In this document: positions 28,555-38,349 of the stretch, piece by piece
Layout of the letters: every line of letters starts with the position of its first letter
Numbering within the stretch: position 1 is the stretch's first letter
Assembly: GCA_904387305.1 (NCBI GenBank)
Contig: CAJFLB010000001.1
Coordinates: 39,564 to 103,563 of the forward strand
Direction of reading: 5' to 3'
Origin: an uncultured Clostridia bacterium
GTDB lineage: Bacteria > Bacillota > Clostridia > TANB77 > CAG-508
DNA: 64,000 nucleotides
Notes under the pieces: generated by a model
What the model saw: only the letters and a program-made list of their open reading frames with translations
What the model was told of the DNA's origin: nothing
The model's database searches: none
Made by a program: the position numbers and the translations under genes

Positions 28555-28924
28555 GACAATTGGGGACGTTTCCGCTTGGACATTTGAGGGATTTTGGGGA
28601 CGGACTCATTTTTCCCTTTTTCGAATTTGATTAGAATAAAAAATATAGAATATAAAAAAATGAAACGATTTTGCGTATCTAAATTTGAAATTAGAAATTC
28701 TAAAGAAAAACATGAGGAATGCTCATTTTGCTTAAGATTTACAGCAACAATGAGAGAGGCTCATGTTTTTCTTGTAGAATTTCTATAAAAATTTAGCTTA
28801 TACAAAATTGTGTAATGGCTTTATATTCTATATTTTTTATTTTTTATAATATTGATAAAAAAGGAAAAATGAGTCCGTCCCCAAAATCCCTCAAATCTCC
28901 AAGCGGAAACGTTCCCAATTGTCC
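28555..28924. mobile_element. Composite 370-bp palindrome: inverted B+C REP arms enclosing a family D-related hairpin
   Basis: About 67-bp imperfect terminal inverted repeats; internal stems AATAAAAAATATAGAATATAAA/TTTATATTCTATATTTTTTATT and AGAAAAACATGAG/CTCATGTTTTTCT. Confidence 0.8.
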
Positions 28925-29101
28925 CTAAGAAATACATAAAGCGACAATACTTAATATAATAGAAAATACAGAAAAAGCAATGACAAACACACCACCAAAT
29001 TTATTTTCATTTTTATATTCATAAATTCCATAACTAAGAGCCTCTTTAAAAACATATAGACAAAACAAAATAAAAATGATAAATTCTAAAAAACTAATCA
29101 T
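28925..29101 (-). CDS. 58-aa two-TM protein, candidate germinant receptor D-type subunit
   Basis: RBS AAGGAGG; MISFLEFIIFILFCLYVFKEALSYGIYEYKNENKFGGVFVIAFSVFSIILSIVALCIS; directly after gerKC. Confidence 0.6.
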   Translation of the reverse strand: MISFLEFIIFILFCLYVFKEALSYGIYEYKNENKFGGVFVIAFSVFSIILSIVALCIS

Positions 29102-29112
29102 ACATGCCTCCT

Positions 29113-30339
29113 TTAGCTTTCTGTTAATAAGGAAGAAGAACGGATTGAAGAATCAACAGTTACCTTAAAAAAGCTATCTTTGTATTTTTCGCTCCAATTG
29201 TAATCATAAAAATCCTTAAGAGTTAAAAAGTTACTCCTAGCAGTTTTTCCAAAACCATTAATATCAGAACTTAAAGATTTAGATGTTTTATATAAATATT
29301 CTGTTAGAATAGATTCTAAATAGCTATTACAAGAATTTGAAATTTGACTTAGCATATTACTATCTAAATAGTCAGAACCATCTTCCATAGAATAAATTCT
29401 TCCTGTAAAACGACATTCTACAGTAATATATGGAGTTCCGTTTAAAATATCAACCTTTACTTTTGGAACAACTAATGGGGTAACATGTAAATCAATATAA
29501 GAATTAGTCTTATTAGGATTTGGAACAGATATCAAGAAACCATCTACTTGATTTCGAATAATGGAAAAACATAAGGTTTCTATGGAATTTAATTCACCAA
29601 CCAAAACATCATCTTTAAAAACAGCGAGTCCTGTATTTTCGGCAGTGGATTGACCAGACAAAGAAGAAGCATTTGACTTTGTTGTAGAATCATTTTCTGA
29701 ATTGGTAGCTCCTGTATATTCTGTTGAATTATTCGTAACACCACCTAATATGCCATATGGCTCACAAGAATGGCATATTAAACTATCAAAAAAATCTCCA
29801 ATGGTTGCATTAGCTGTAAATCCTGTATAAGTACTTGAAGCAGAAAAAACTTCATAATATTTAGTAATTAAGTTTTCAAATAATGGTTTGGAATGTTCTA
29901 AATAATATCTAGCAGAAGTTTTAGAAATCACAATATTGGTAGAAGGTCTGATTTGTGTATCATTAATTAATGTATAAATTTCATCAGAAATTCCTTGAAT
30001 AGCTACTTCTTCTGAAAAAGTAATGACTTTACAATGAGAAAGGTTGACGGATTTTCCTATATAAGTATTAATCAAATTAATGCCTGAACTAATGGAAGAA
30101 GCATCTACAGAATAAATAATGGAAGGAGCTTGCTCTGATGTTCCTGATTCGGAAACAGAAGAAGGATTGGTAAATTGAAAACTTATTTGTAAACGATTTT
30201 TATCAGAAACATCAATTCCCATAGCAACAACTACACTTAAATTATCAATATTTAAAGTGGAATATGATTTAGAAAAAGCCAGAAGAAGCATGATGATTAA
30301 TATGACAATAAAGATTTTCTTAAATAGTTTTTTGGACAT
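29113..30339 (-). CDS. gerKC: Ger(x)C family spore germination protein
   Basis: VVAMGID, LSHCKVITFSEE, GLAVFK, SDINGFG; operon context. Confidence 0.88.
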   Translation of the reverse strand: MSKKLFKKIFIVILIIMLLLAFSKSYSTLNIDNLSVVVAMGIDVSDKNRLQISFQFTNPSSVSESGTSEQAPSIIYSVDASSISSGINLINTYIGKSVNLSHCKVITFSEEVAIQGISDEIYTLINDTQIRPSTNIVISKTSARYYLEHSKPLFENLITKYYEVFSASSTYTGFTANATIGDFFDSLICHSCEPYGILGGVTNNSTEYTGATNSENDSTTKSNASSLSGQSTAENTGLAVFKDDVLVGELNSIETLCFSIIRNQVDGFLISVPNPNKTNSYIDLHVTPLVVPKVKVDILNGTPYITVECRFTGRIYSMEDGSDYLDSNMLSQISNSCNSYLESILTEYLYKTSKSLSSDINGFGKTARSNFLTLKDFYDYNWSEKYKDSFFKVTVDSSIRSSSLLTES

Positions 30340-31436
30340 CTGCTTTCAACTCCTTTTTCTTTCTTTTTTTGAAATATGCGAGGATTAGAATAGATATTCC
30401 TAAAACAATGGAAACAATGATTACCATATAATGATAAATATAATCCTCAATAAATTTTGAAACACCATAATTTTTGGGAAGTAAACTTATCGCAAAGATT
30501 AATAATCCAAATACAAAAATAAGTGGTTTCTCATCACGAATATTCGTGATTTTTTTAAATATGGAAAGAGAAATCTTAGCAACAATTGTTAAGTAACAAA
30601 CCATTTGTAAAATCCATATAAGAAGGAAGATGGACTCTAACCTTTGAAAAAAATTTCCGGAATTCAATATATCTTGCAGCCGAATATAAAGGCATAATTT
30701 GGTTTGTATACATTAAGGAGATAAACATGAATAATATAATAGAAACACATAACAAGAAATAGAGGGTTCCTAAAATAATAGAGGTTAGATAAATTTTTTT
30801 CATTTTTTGAGGTTCTTTTAAATAAGGTGGAAGAAAATATAATAAGGTAATACCACCAAAAGCACCTAAATTACCTAATCCAGTAACAAAAGTGTTAAAT
30901 AGGCCATCTCCAAAAATTGGAAAGATATTATCCAAAGAGAAATTTTTCATGTTTGCAATAAATAAGAAAATAATACTAATAATAACTAAAGGAATGATAA
31001 AGAGATTCACTTTAGCAATTGATGAAAAACGATGGTGCAATGTAATACAAATAACAACAATGAATGTTAATAGAATAAAGATTAAACTTGTCATAGGATA
31101 ATATACAATTTTCAAACATTCACAAAAATTTCGAAGAAGAATACTGCTACTAAATAAAAAGTAAAAGATAAACACAATACCAATAAATGTTTTTAATGTT
31201 TTTCCACCAAGGTATTCTGCAATATCGACAATATCACTTCCAGGAAACTTAATAAGTAATTTATAAATTAAAAAGGTTATCAGTAATGCTATTATACCAA
31301 CATAGATAAGATTAATTAAAGTAGCTGTTTTTGTTGTTTCAAGCATACTTCTTGGAAGAGCAACTAAAGTATAAGCAACAAAAATTCCAAGTACAATGCT
31401 AATTGCTTCAGCAGCAGTTATTTTAGAGGTTTCCAT
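30320..31436 (-). CDS. gerKB: GerAB/GerKB family germination permease, about 371 aa via +1 frameshift at CGG 30657-30659
   Basis: Multi-TM protein; joining the two frames restores ARYIEF-G-NFFQRLESIF. Confidence 0.8.
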
Positions 31437-31449
31437 ATAAACTCCTTTC

Positions 31450-31546
31450 GGGGGCTATTGGGGCTATTGGGACCAGGTCCGTTTGGACCCATTTAGAGCC
31501 CCTAACTGGGTCCAAACGGACCTGGTCCCAATAGCCCCAATAGCCT
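31450..31546. repeat. REPIN-like inverted family A doublet inside the ger operon
   Basis: GGCTATTGGGACCAGGTCCGTTTGGACCCA...TGGGTCCAAACGGACCTGGTCCCAATAGCC. Confidence 0.88.
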
Positions 31547-33241
31547 CTATTTCCATTTCATAGAAATATGACCTTGTTTTGTTTCTTTTTTAGAATTTAA
31601 GAAGCCAGAACGATATTCTCTTTTTTCAATAGGAGGTAAGAAGTAAGAACTACCTTTCACTTTTTCAAGAGGGGAAGCACCTACTGTATAAGGAACACCA
31701 AAAGACTTAGAGTCACACATAGCAATCATATAGACAAAAAGACCAAGTGCAATTCCTAAAAATCCACATAAATATCCTAAAAAGATAAAGACAAATCGAT
31801 AAACTCTTAAGTGAAATCCAAATGCATAATCTGGAATGGCAAAAGAGGCTGTTGCAGTAATGGCAACAACAATGATTAAAATAGGACTCACTATTCCGGC
31901 ACTAACAGCAGCTTGTCCCATTACCAAAGCACCAACAATTCCAATGGTAGGTCCAATAGGAGAAGGTACTCTTAAACCAGCTTCACGGATTAGTTCAAAT
32001 GATAGCTCTAACACCAATAATTCAAAAATAATTGGAAAAGGAACATTGGCACGAGATGCTAAAATAGAAAATAGTAATTCTGTTGGTAAAATTTCTTGAT
32101 GAAAGCTGGTAACGGCAATATAGAGACCAGGTAGTAAAAGAGTAATAAAAGCAGCAATCAATCTAATCAATTTTGTGAAATTAGAAAAAAGTGCTTTTTG
32201 ATTTTTGTCATCAGGTGAACTTAAAAAATCAGATAAAATACCAGGTGTGATAAGGGCATAAGGAGAGCCATTTACGAGAATAATCACTCTACCATCTAAT
32301 AAGTAGCTGGCAGCTTTATCAGGTCTTTCAGTAGAAATAAGTTGAGGCGTATTTAGATGACTAGAATCGGATATCAATTGTTCTAATTGGCCAGCAGAAA
32401 GTAATGAATCAACATCTAAATTATTCATTCGAAATTTTACTTCTGCAATTAAATCTTCATTGGCAAGTCCTGAAACATAACAAATGCCACATTTTGTTTT
32501 AGTAATATTTCCAACATTCATATTTTCAATAACTAAATTTTCATTATTCACAAATCTTCTGATAAGAGAGGTGTTGGTCCTAATATTTTCAACAAAGGAT
32601 TCATGAGGTCCTCTAATAACAATTTCATTGCTAGGTTTTTCGATACCTCTTTGATTAAACCCTTTTACTTCTATATCAAAAGCAATATCTAGAGTATCTA
32701 CAAATAAGGCACAATTTCCAGAATTAATACCTGAGATGGCTTCTTCAAAAGTAGAAACCTGTTTGATTGCATTTTGAGGAACAAGACAGCTAGAAATATA
32801 ATTTGGTAAATTAAATTTTTTGATTTTTCGAACGGTAATATTATTGGAAACTGATTCAGAAATTACTCTATTTTGGGAACTATCATACAAATTATTTCGG
32901 TTTCTCATCATAAGTGGTTCTAAAATAAATTCATTCATAATTTTTGTATTAATCATTCCATCAATAAAAATAAGAAGAGCATTGTATTGCTTTCCTCTAG
33001 AGTTTAAGATAAAATTACGAAAAATAATATCAGAATTAATTAATAAATTATATTTGGTTTTCAAATAATTTGTATTGGCAGCAATATTAGGAAAAATTTT
33101 TGTTTTTTCGTTTCCTTCTTTTCCTAATGTACTATCTGGATATACTTTGGTATTTAAATCTTCTACTAAATTAAAATTATAAGTTTCTTTATTATTAGGT
33201 GTATAAGTAAAAAGTGAAGAAAATAAATCTTTTAAATTCAT
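31547..33241 (-). CDS. gerKA: GerA family spore germination protein
   Basis: RGPHESFVE, TERPD, VPFP, REAGLRVP, IGIVGALVMGQAAV. Confidence 0.93.
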   Translation of the reverse strand: MNLKDLFSSLFTYTPNNKETYNFNLVEDLNTKVYPDSTLGKEGNEKTKIFPNIAANTNYLKTKYNLLINSDIIFRNFILNSRGKQYNALLIFIDGMINTKIMNEFILEPLMMRNRNNLYDSSQNRVISESVSNNITVRKIKKFNLPNYISSCLVPQNAIKQVSTFEEAISGINSGNCALFVDTLDIAFDIEVKGFNQRGIEKPSNEIVIRGPHESFVENIRTNTSLIRRFVNNENLVIENMNVGNITKTKCGICYVSGLANEDLIAEVKFRMNNLDVDSLLSAGQLEQLISDSSHLNTPQLISTERPDKAASYLLDGRVIILVNGSPYALITPGILSDFLSSPDDKNQKALFSNFTKLIRLIAAFITLLLPGLYIAVTSFHQEILPTELLFSILASRANVPFPIIFELLVLELSFELIREAGLRVPSPIGPTIGIVGALVMGQAAVSAGIVSPILIIVVAITATASFAIPDYAFGFHLRVYRFVFIFLGYLCGFLGIALGLFVYMIAMCDSKSFGVPYTVGASPLEKVKGSSYFLPPIEKREYRSGFLNSKKETKQGHISMKWK

Positions 33242-33405
33242 AATGAAATCTCCTAATTCATAACAATATATTTTTTATTAGTTCAACTTATTAGAAATAA
33301 TTGTCATTTTATTTTAGTATTGCTAAATTTTTTAAATTTATACTAGTTTTTATATAATAAAAATGATATAATAAAAGCATAGTGTTATGAAAGGAAAACA
33401 ATAAT

Positions 33406-34554
33406 ATGAAAGAAGAAATAATCGATAAAATCACTTCAGTGATATTATTTTTACTGATTATAGGTATTTTTGCAGTTATCATTGTTTTTTCTATTATTGC
33501 AATTCAAGAATTTTCAGGAGAAGAAAAAGCATTAGCATTTATAGAAAATCCAGGAAATGTTTCAACTGTAGCAAGTGATGAAAAAACAGTAGAGGATGAT
33601 ATAGAAGTACCAGAAATTGTTGAAAATCCGATTAGTTCAATAGAAAAAAATAATAACAGTACAAATACAGATTATTCAAATGTACAAGTAGATAAATATT
33701 TTTATAATCAATTAGATGAAAAATCAAGAATTATATATAGAGCATTTGAAAGTAATAAAGAACAACTGAAAACAGGAACCTACCAGATTGAGTTAGGAAC
33801 GAGTTTTTCGGATATATTATCTCAAAGCAATGGGCAAGAAAAATTAGGAGAATATTATCAATCTGCAATAGAAGCCTATACATATGACAATCCAGAAATT
33901 TTTTATTTAAGTCCAAAAAAAATGTATCTAAATATAGAAACCACCACTAGAGGAGGCGTTTCAACATATAATGTATATATCAATTCTGGAAATGAAGCCA
34001 ATTATTTAACAGAGGAATTTAATTCTAAACAAGCAGTAGATCAAGCAATCATGCAAATTGAGCAAGTAAAAAATCAAATTTTGCAAAATAAAACAGGAAA
34101 TACCTATGAAGATGTTAAATTGGTACATGACTATTTAGTAGATAATATTAGTTATGATAGTAGTTTATCAAAACAAAATATTTATAATATTTATGGAGCA
34201 TTGGTAAATAGAGAATGTGTATGTGAAGGATATGCAAGAGCTTTTAAATATTTATTAGATGAATTAGATATACCTTGTGTAATGGTAATTGGAACAGCAA
34301 CAAACTCACAAGGAGAAACAGAAAATCATGCTTGGAACTATGTCCAATTAAATGGAAATTGGTATGCAGTAGATAGTACTTGGGATGACCCAGTTGTCAT
34401 AGGAGGAGGAACTGCAAGTGAAGAATCCAGATATAAGTATTTCTTAGTAGGAAGAGAAGTCATTGACCAAGATCATAGCCCAAGTGGTCAATTTACAGAA
34501 GGTGGAAAAATATTTAGTTATCCAAATCTAAATTATGAAAGTTATTCAAATTAA
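33406..34554 (+). CDS. Membrane-anchored transglutaminase-like domain protein
   Basis: Cys-His-Asp motifs CVCEGYA, HAWN, DSTWDD; N-terminal TM. Confidence 0.85.
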   Translation: MKEEIIDKITSVILFLLIIGIFAVIIVFSIIAIQEFSGEEKALAFIENPGNVSTVASDEKTVEDDIEVPEIVENPISSIEKNNNSTNTDYSNVQVDKYFYNQLDEKSRIIYRAFESNKEQLKTGTYQIELGTSFSDILSQSNGQEKLGEYYQSAIEAYTYDNPEIFYLSPKKMYLNIETTTRGGVSTYNVYINSGNEANYLTEEFNSKQAVDQAIMQIEQVKNQILQNKTGNTYEDVKLVHDYLVDNISYDSSLSKQNIYNIYGALVNRECVCEGYARAFKYLLDELDIPCVMVIGTATNSQGETENHAWNYVQLNGNWYAVDSTWDDPVVIGGGTASEESRYKYFLVGREVIDQDHSPSGQFTEGGKIFSYPNLNYESYSN

Positions 34555-34598
34555 AGAAAGGAGTAAGTTGTGTAGCATAAAGCGAACAACAAATCAAT

Positions 34599-35456
34599 AT
34601 GATATTAGAAGAACTATTTGGGAATAAAATAAAAGTATATGCATTTGTTGGACCATCAGGAACGGGGAAAAGTTACCGTGCGCAAATGGTAGCAAGCGAA
34701 AGAAACATAAACTATATTATAGATGATGGATTATTAATTAAAGATAATGAAGTATTGGCAGGAGAATCAGCAAAAAAAGCACCTACCAAAGTGGGAACAG
34801 TTAAACATGCATTATTCTATGAAAAAGAAGAAAGAGACAAAGTGGTAAAGGCACTAAAAAAAGAAAGACCACAAAGTATCTTAATATTAGGGACCTCTGA
34901 TGGTATGGTACAAAAAATTGCGGCCAATTTAGGATTACCTGAAATTAGTGAATATATCTATATAACAGATGTAGCTACAAAGCAAGAAATGGAAACAGCA
35001 AGAAGAATTCGTGTAACAGAAGGAAAACATGTTATTCCAGTACCAACTTTTCAAATAAAAAAAGACTTTTCTGGGTATTTATTAGACCCATTACAAATTT
35101 TTAAATCAAAAGGAAAGGGGCAAAAACCATATATATCAGAAAAGTCTATTATAAGACCTACTTTTAGTTATCTTGGGAAATTTACCATATCAGATTTAGT
35201 GTTTAGACAAATATTAGAATACATTGCTGTTAAAACACCAGCAATATATAAAATTTCAAGAACAAGAGTAGAAAATTATGGTGAGGGTGCTAAAATCTAT
35301 GTAGAAGTTACTGTTATGTATGGATATAATGTAATCAATGGAATTAAAGATTTTAAAGATAGAGCAAGAAAAGAAATTGAGAAATTAACAGCTATGAATG
35401 TTGTAGAACTAGAGGTAGTAGCTAAAAATATATATGTGCCAGAAAAACAAGAATAG
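34599..35456 (+). CDS. P-loop protein with C-terminal Asp23/Gls24 domain
   Basis: GPSGTGKS, IIDDGLLI, GKHVIPVP, IEKLTAMNV. Confidence 0.8.
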   Translation: MILEELFGNKIKVYAFVGPSGTGKSYRAQMVASERNINYIIDDGLLIKDNEVLAGESAKKAPTKVGTVKHALFYEKEERDKVVKALKKERPQSILILGTSDGMVQKIAANLGLPEISEYIYITDVATKQEMETARRIRVTEGKHVIPVPTFQIKKDFSGYLLDPLQIFKSKGKGQKPYISEKSIIRPTFSYLGKFTISDLVFRQILEYIAVKTPAIYKISRTRVENYGEGAKIYVEVTVMYGYNVINGIKDFKDRARKEIEKLTAMNVVELEVVAKNIYVPEKQE

Positions 35457-35480
35457 AATTCGTTTTATAAAGAAAGAAAC

Positions 35481-35520
35481 AATCCAGTATCTTTAGGCAC
35501 TTATGCCTTGATACTGGATT
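35481..35520. terminator. Hairpin between convergent genes
   Basis: AATCCAGTATC...GATACTGGATT. Confidence 0.65.
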
Positions 35521-35525
35521 AGGTA

Positions 35526-35684
35526 TTAATCTAGGTCGACAAAATCTTTTAGCATTCGACCCAACCAAGCTCCGAATCCTCCGAACATGATCCAGAGTAT
35601 GAACTTGGTTACAATTGGTAATTCACCAAATCCAGGAATACTGGAAATGGCAAGGATACAAAAGACAGCACCTATAATTTTCAT
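35526..35684 (-). CDS. 52-aa hydrophobic peptide with its own promoter (type I toxin-like?)
   Basis: TTGATA-17-TATAAT promoter (35764-35736), RBS AGAAAGGAG, MKIIGAVFCILAISSIPGFGELPIVTKFILWIMFGGFGAWLGRMLKDFVDLD, then a hairpin. Confidence 0.6.
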   Translation of the reverse strand: MKIIGAVFCILAISSIPGFGELPIVTKFILWIMFGGFGAWLGRMLKDFVDLD

Positions 35685-35912
35685 GGGTGCTACATCTCCT
35701 TTCTATGTGTGTATATGACAATAAATTCCATATATATTATATCACATTTTGCTAATAATATCAAATAAAGTAGCTACTAGAGAACTGATAAGTTACATAA
35801 AATGTTATAGTTCATTTCCAAATATTTTTCACTTATGCATTTGGAAATGAACAGTAACCATAAATGTTTCATTAATTTAAGAGTATAAAAATATAAGAAA
35901 AGAGGAAAACAT

Positions 35913-36572
35913 ATGTCTTTTATAGTGGCAATTGATGGACCTGCAGGAGCAGGAAAAGGAACTATAACCAAATTGGTGGGGGAGAAATTAGGATTAGTCA
36001 ATATTGATACAGGCGCAACCTTTCGATGTGTTGCTTTAAATATGCTTCAAGAGCATATTGATATACAAGAAGAAGAAAAAATAGAAAAAATGTTGAATAA
36101 TATCAATATTGAAATGCATACTGATGGAAAAATATTTTTAAATGGAGAAGATGTAACACACAGAATTAGAGAAAATGATGTAAATGGATTGGTTTCACCA
36201 GTATCTACATTACCAGTAGTAAGAAATAAATTATTAGAAGTACAAAGAAATATTGCAAAAGGAAAAAATGTTATCATGGAAGGAAGAGATATTGGAACGG
36301 TGGTATTTCCAAATGCAGATGTAAAAATCTATTTAGATGCAGCAGCAGAGGAAAGAGCAAGAAGAAGAGTATTGCAAAATCAAGAAAAGGGAATAGAAAG
36401 TTCTTATGAAGAAGTGCTAAAAGGAATCAAAGATAGAGATAAAAGAGATTCCACTAGAGAAATTGCACCACTCAAAAAAGCAGAAGATGCCATGTATGTA
36501 GATTCTACTAATTTAAGTATTGAGCAAGTGGTTAATCAAATTGTAAAAATAATAGAAAATAATAAAAAATAA
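35913..36572 (+). CDS. cmk: Cytidylate kinase
   Basis: AIDGPAGAGKGT, IDTGA, MEGRDIGTVVFP. Confidence 0.95.
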   Translation: MSFIVAIDGPAGAGKGTITKLVGEKLGLVNIDTGATFRCVALNMLQEHIDIQEEEKIEKMLNNINIEMHTDGKIFLNGEDVTHRIRENDVNGLVSPVSTLPVVRNKLLEVQRNIAKGKNVIMEGRDIGTVVFPNADVKIYLDAAAEERARRRVLQNQEKGIESSYEEVLKGIKDRDKRDSTREIAPLKKAEDAMYVDSTNLSIEQVVNQIVKIIENNKK

Positions 36573-36677
36573 TATTAGAGATGTTTTATTTGGACAAAAA
36601 GTTGAACCAAAGGGGCAGATGATTTTAATATTGCAAATATGATAAATTAATGAAAAATAAAAGAAAAGGAGAAAAAA

Positions 36678-37274
36678 ATGAAAAAAGTATTAAAGGAAAT
36701 TATAAAATGGATTGTAAGAGGAGCTTTATATATATGGTTTAAGATTTTTTATCAAGCAGAAATAAAAGGATTAGAAAATGTCCCTAAAGATGGTGCATTA
36801 ATATTTTGTGGGAACCATAGAAGTTATCTAGATCCACCACTAATGGTGGTAACTGCCAAAAGAGATATGAAATTTTTAGCCAAAGAGGAGTTATATAAAA
36901 ATAAATTCTTAGCATTTTTAGGATGGGCTTTTGAAGCCATACCAGTAAAAAGAGACGAAAAAGATGTATCTGCTATAAAAAAATCATTGAAAGATTTAAA
37001 AGAAGGAAAATGTATTGCTTTATTCCCAGAAGGAACTAGAAATGGATTAGAAAAAGGAGAAAAAGTAAAAGATGGTGTTGCCTTTTTTGCCATAAGAAGT
37101 GGAGCAAAAGTTGTACCTTGTGGTATAAAAGGTGGAACAAAAGACCATCATAAAATTACAATTACTTATGGAGAGCCATTAGATTATAGTGAGTATAAAG
37201 GAAGCAAGGATAAAGAAGTTTTAGATAAAGTAACAGAAGAAATCATGAGCAAGATTATAGAACTTGCTAGTTAG
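36678..37274 (+). CDS. plsC: 1-acyl-sn-glycerol-3-phosphate acyltransferase
   Basis: NHRSYLDP, FPEGTR; follows cmk. Confidence 0.9.
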   Translation: MKKVLKEIIKWIVRGALYIWFKIFYQAEIKGLENVPKDGALIFCGNHRSYLDPPLMVVTAKRDMKFLAKEELYKNKFLAFLGWAFEAIPVKRDEKDVSAIKKSLKDLKEGKCIALFPEGTRNGLEKGEKVKDGVAFFAIRSGAKVVPCGIKGGTKDHHKITITYGEPLDYSEYKGSKDKEVLDKVTEEIMSKIIELAS

Positions 37275-37282
37275 GAGAATAC

Positions 37283-38109
37283 ATGTATGTACTAAAATAT
37301 ATTGTCATATTACTGTTATTTATGATAGCAATAGTATTTAGCAAAAGTAAAAATAAAACAATTAAAACAATAGGATTAGTGGTAACGATTTTAGCACTCA
37401 TTATATATGTATATATGCAATTTGGTTCTGTTATTATATTTAATCCAATTTTCATCATTTTGTACATAGCAATTTTGTTTGGTATATTTTTATTTATCTA
37501 TAAAAAATATAGAAATATAAAATACCAAAAAGAAACTTATGAAGATATTAATTATTTAAATAGAGATGTTTCTACAGAATATCCACCATCTATTGTAGGA
37601 TATTTATTTAATCAAAAATTAAGATATAAAGATTTGATTGCAGACATTATGGAATTATATGCTCAAAAAATAATTAATATATCAAAAAGTAATGAACAGG
37701 GAGAAACGAAAATTCATTTTTATTTACAAGGAGAGGATTATAGAAATAAAATTAGCAGCCAAAGTCAATTATACATCATCCGAACACTAATAAATGACAA
37801 TCAAAACGCAAATTTTGATTTATGAAAAGCTCTGAAAACACAAATGCATTTTTAAGTTCATATGGAGAAAATGAATTAAAAAAATGGATGAAATTTAAAA
37901 ACTTCATTAAAGAATATACATTATTAAAAGAAAGAACTATAGAAGAAATTGCGATATATGAAAGCTATATTCCATATGCAATAGCACTTGATGTAAATGT
38001 TCAATATAAGAATACAAGATTTGATATATTTGATGAAAAGGAAATGGAATCAATTATTAATGAAAGTCATAGTGCAAACTTTTTACAAAGTATGGGAATA
38101 ACGGTATAG
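37283..38109 (+). pseudogene. DUF2207-like membrane protein split into two ORFs (37283-37825 and 37822-38109)
   Basis: YPPSIVGYL...IADIMEL in part 1 and KW..FKNFI...YIPYAIAL in part 2 are N- and C-terminal DUF2207-type motifs; the middle appears to be missing. Confidence 0.5.
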
Positions 38110-38240
38110 AAAATTTGACAAAATCACCTAATTGGTGTATAATCTTATAAGCTTATTTTTAGAGATTTAGGCGTTTTTCAAGAAAAACATTGAAAAACGT
38201 CTTAAGTTATGATAATAGGTGTCCAATTGGTGAGGCAGGG

Positions 38241-38318
38241 CCATTGGGGGCCATTGGGACCAGGTCTGTTTGGTCCCAAGTGGGTCCAAACAGACCTGGT
38301 CCCAATGGCCCCCAATGG
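38241..38318. repeat. REPIN-like inverted family A doublet in the typA leader
   Basis: CCATTGGGGGCCATTGGGACCAGGTCTGTTTGG..CCAAACAGACCTGGTCCCAATGGCCCCCAATGG. Confidence 0.88.
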
Positions 38319-38349
38319 ACAACCACGAGAAAAGAGAGGGAGTAGAAAA

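Noticed and set aside
28549-28930. smpB/tmRNA expected after secG-rnr
   Set aside because: Not present here; the gene order varies among Firmicutes, so the absence is uninformative.
37810-37830. DUF2207-like split as another CGG frameshift
   Set aside because: No CGG at the junction; it looks like an internal deletion or ATGA-coupled fragments.
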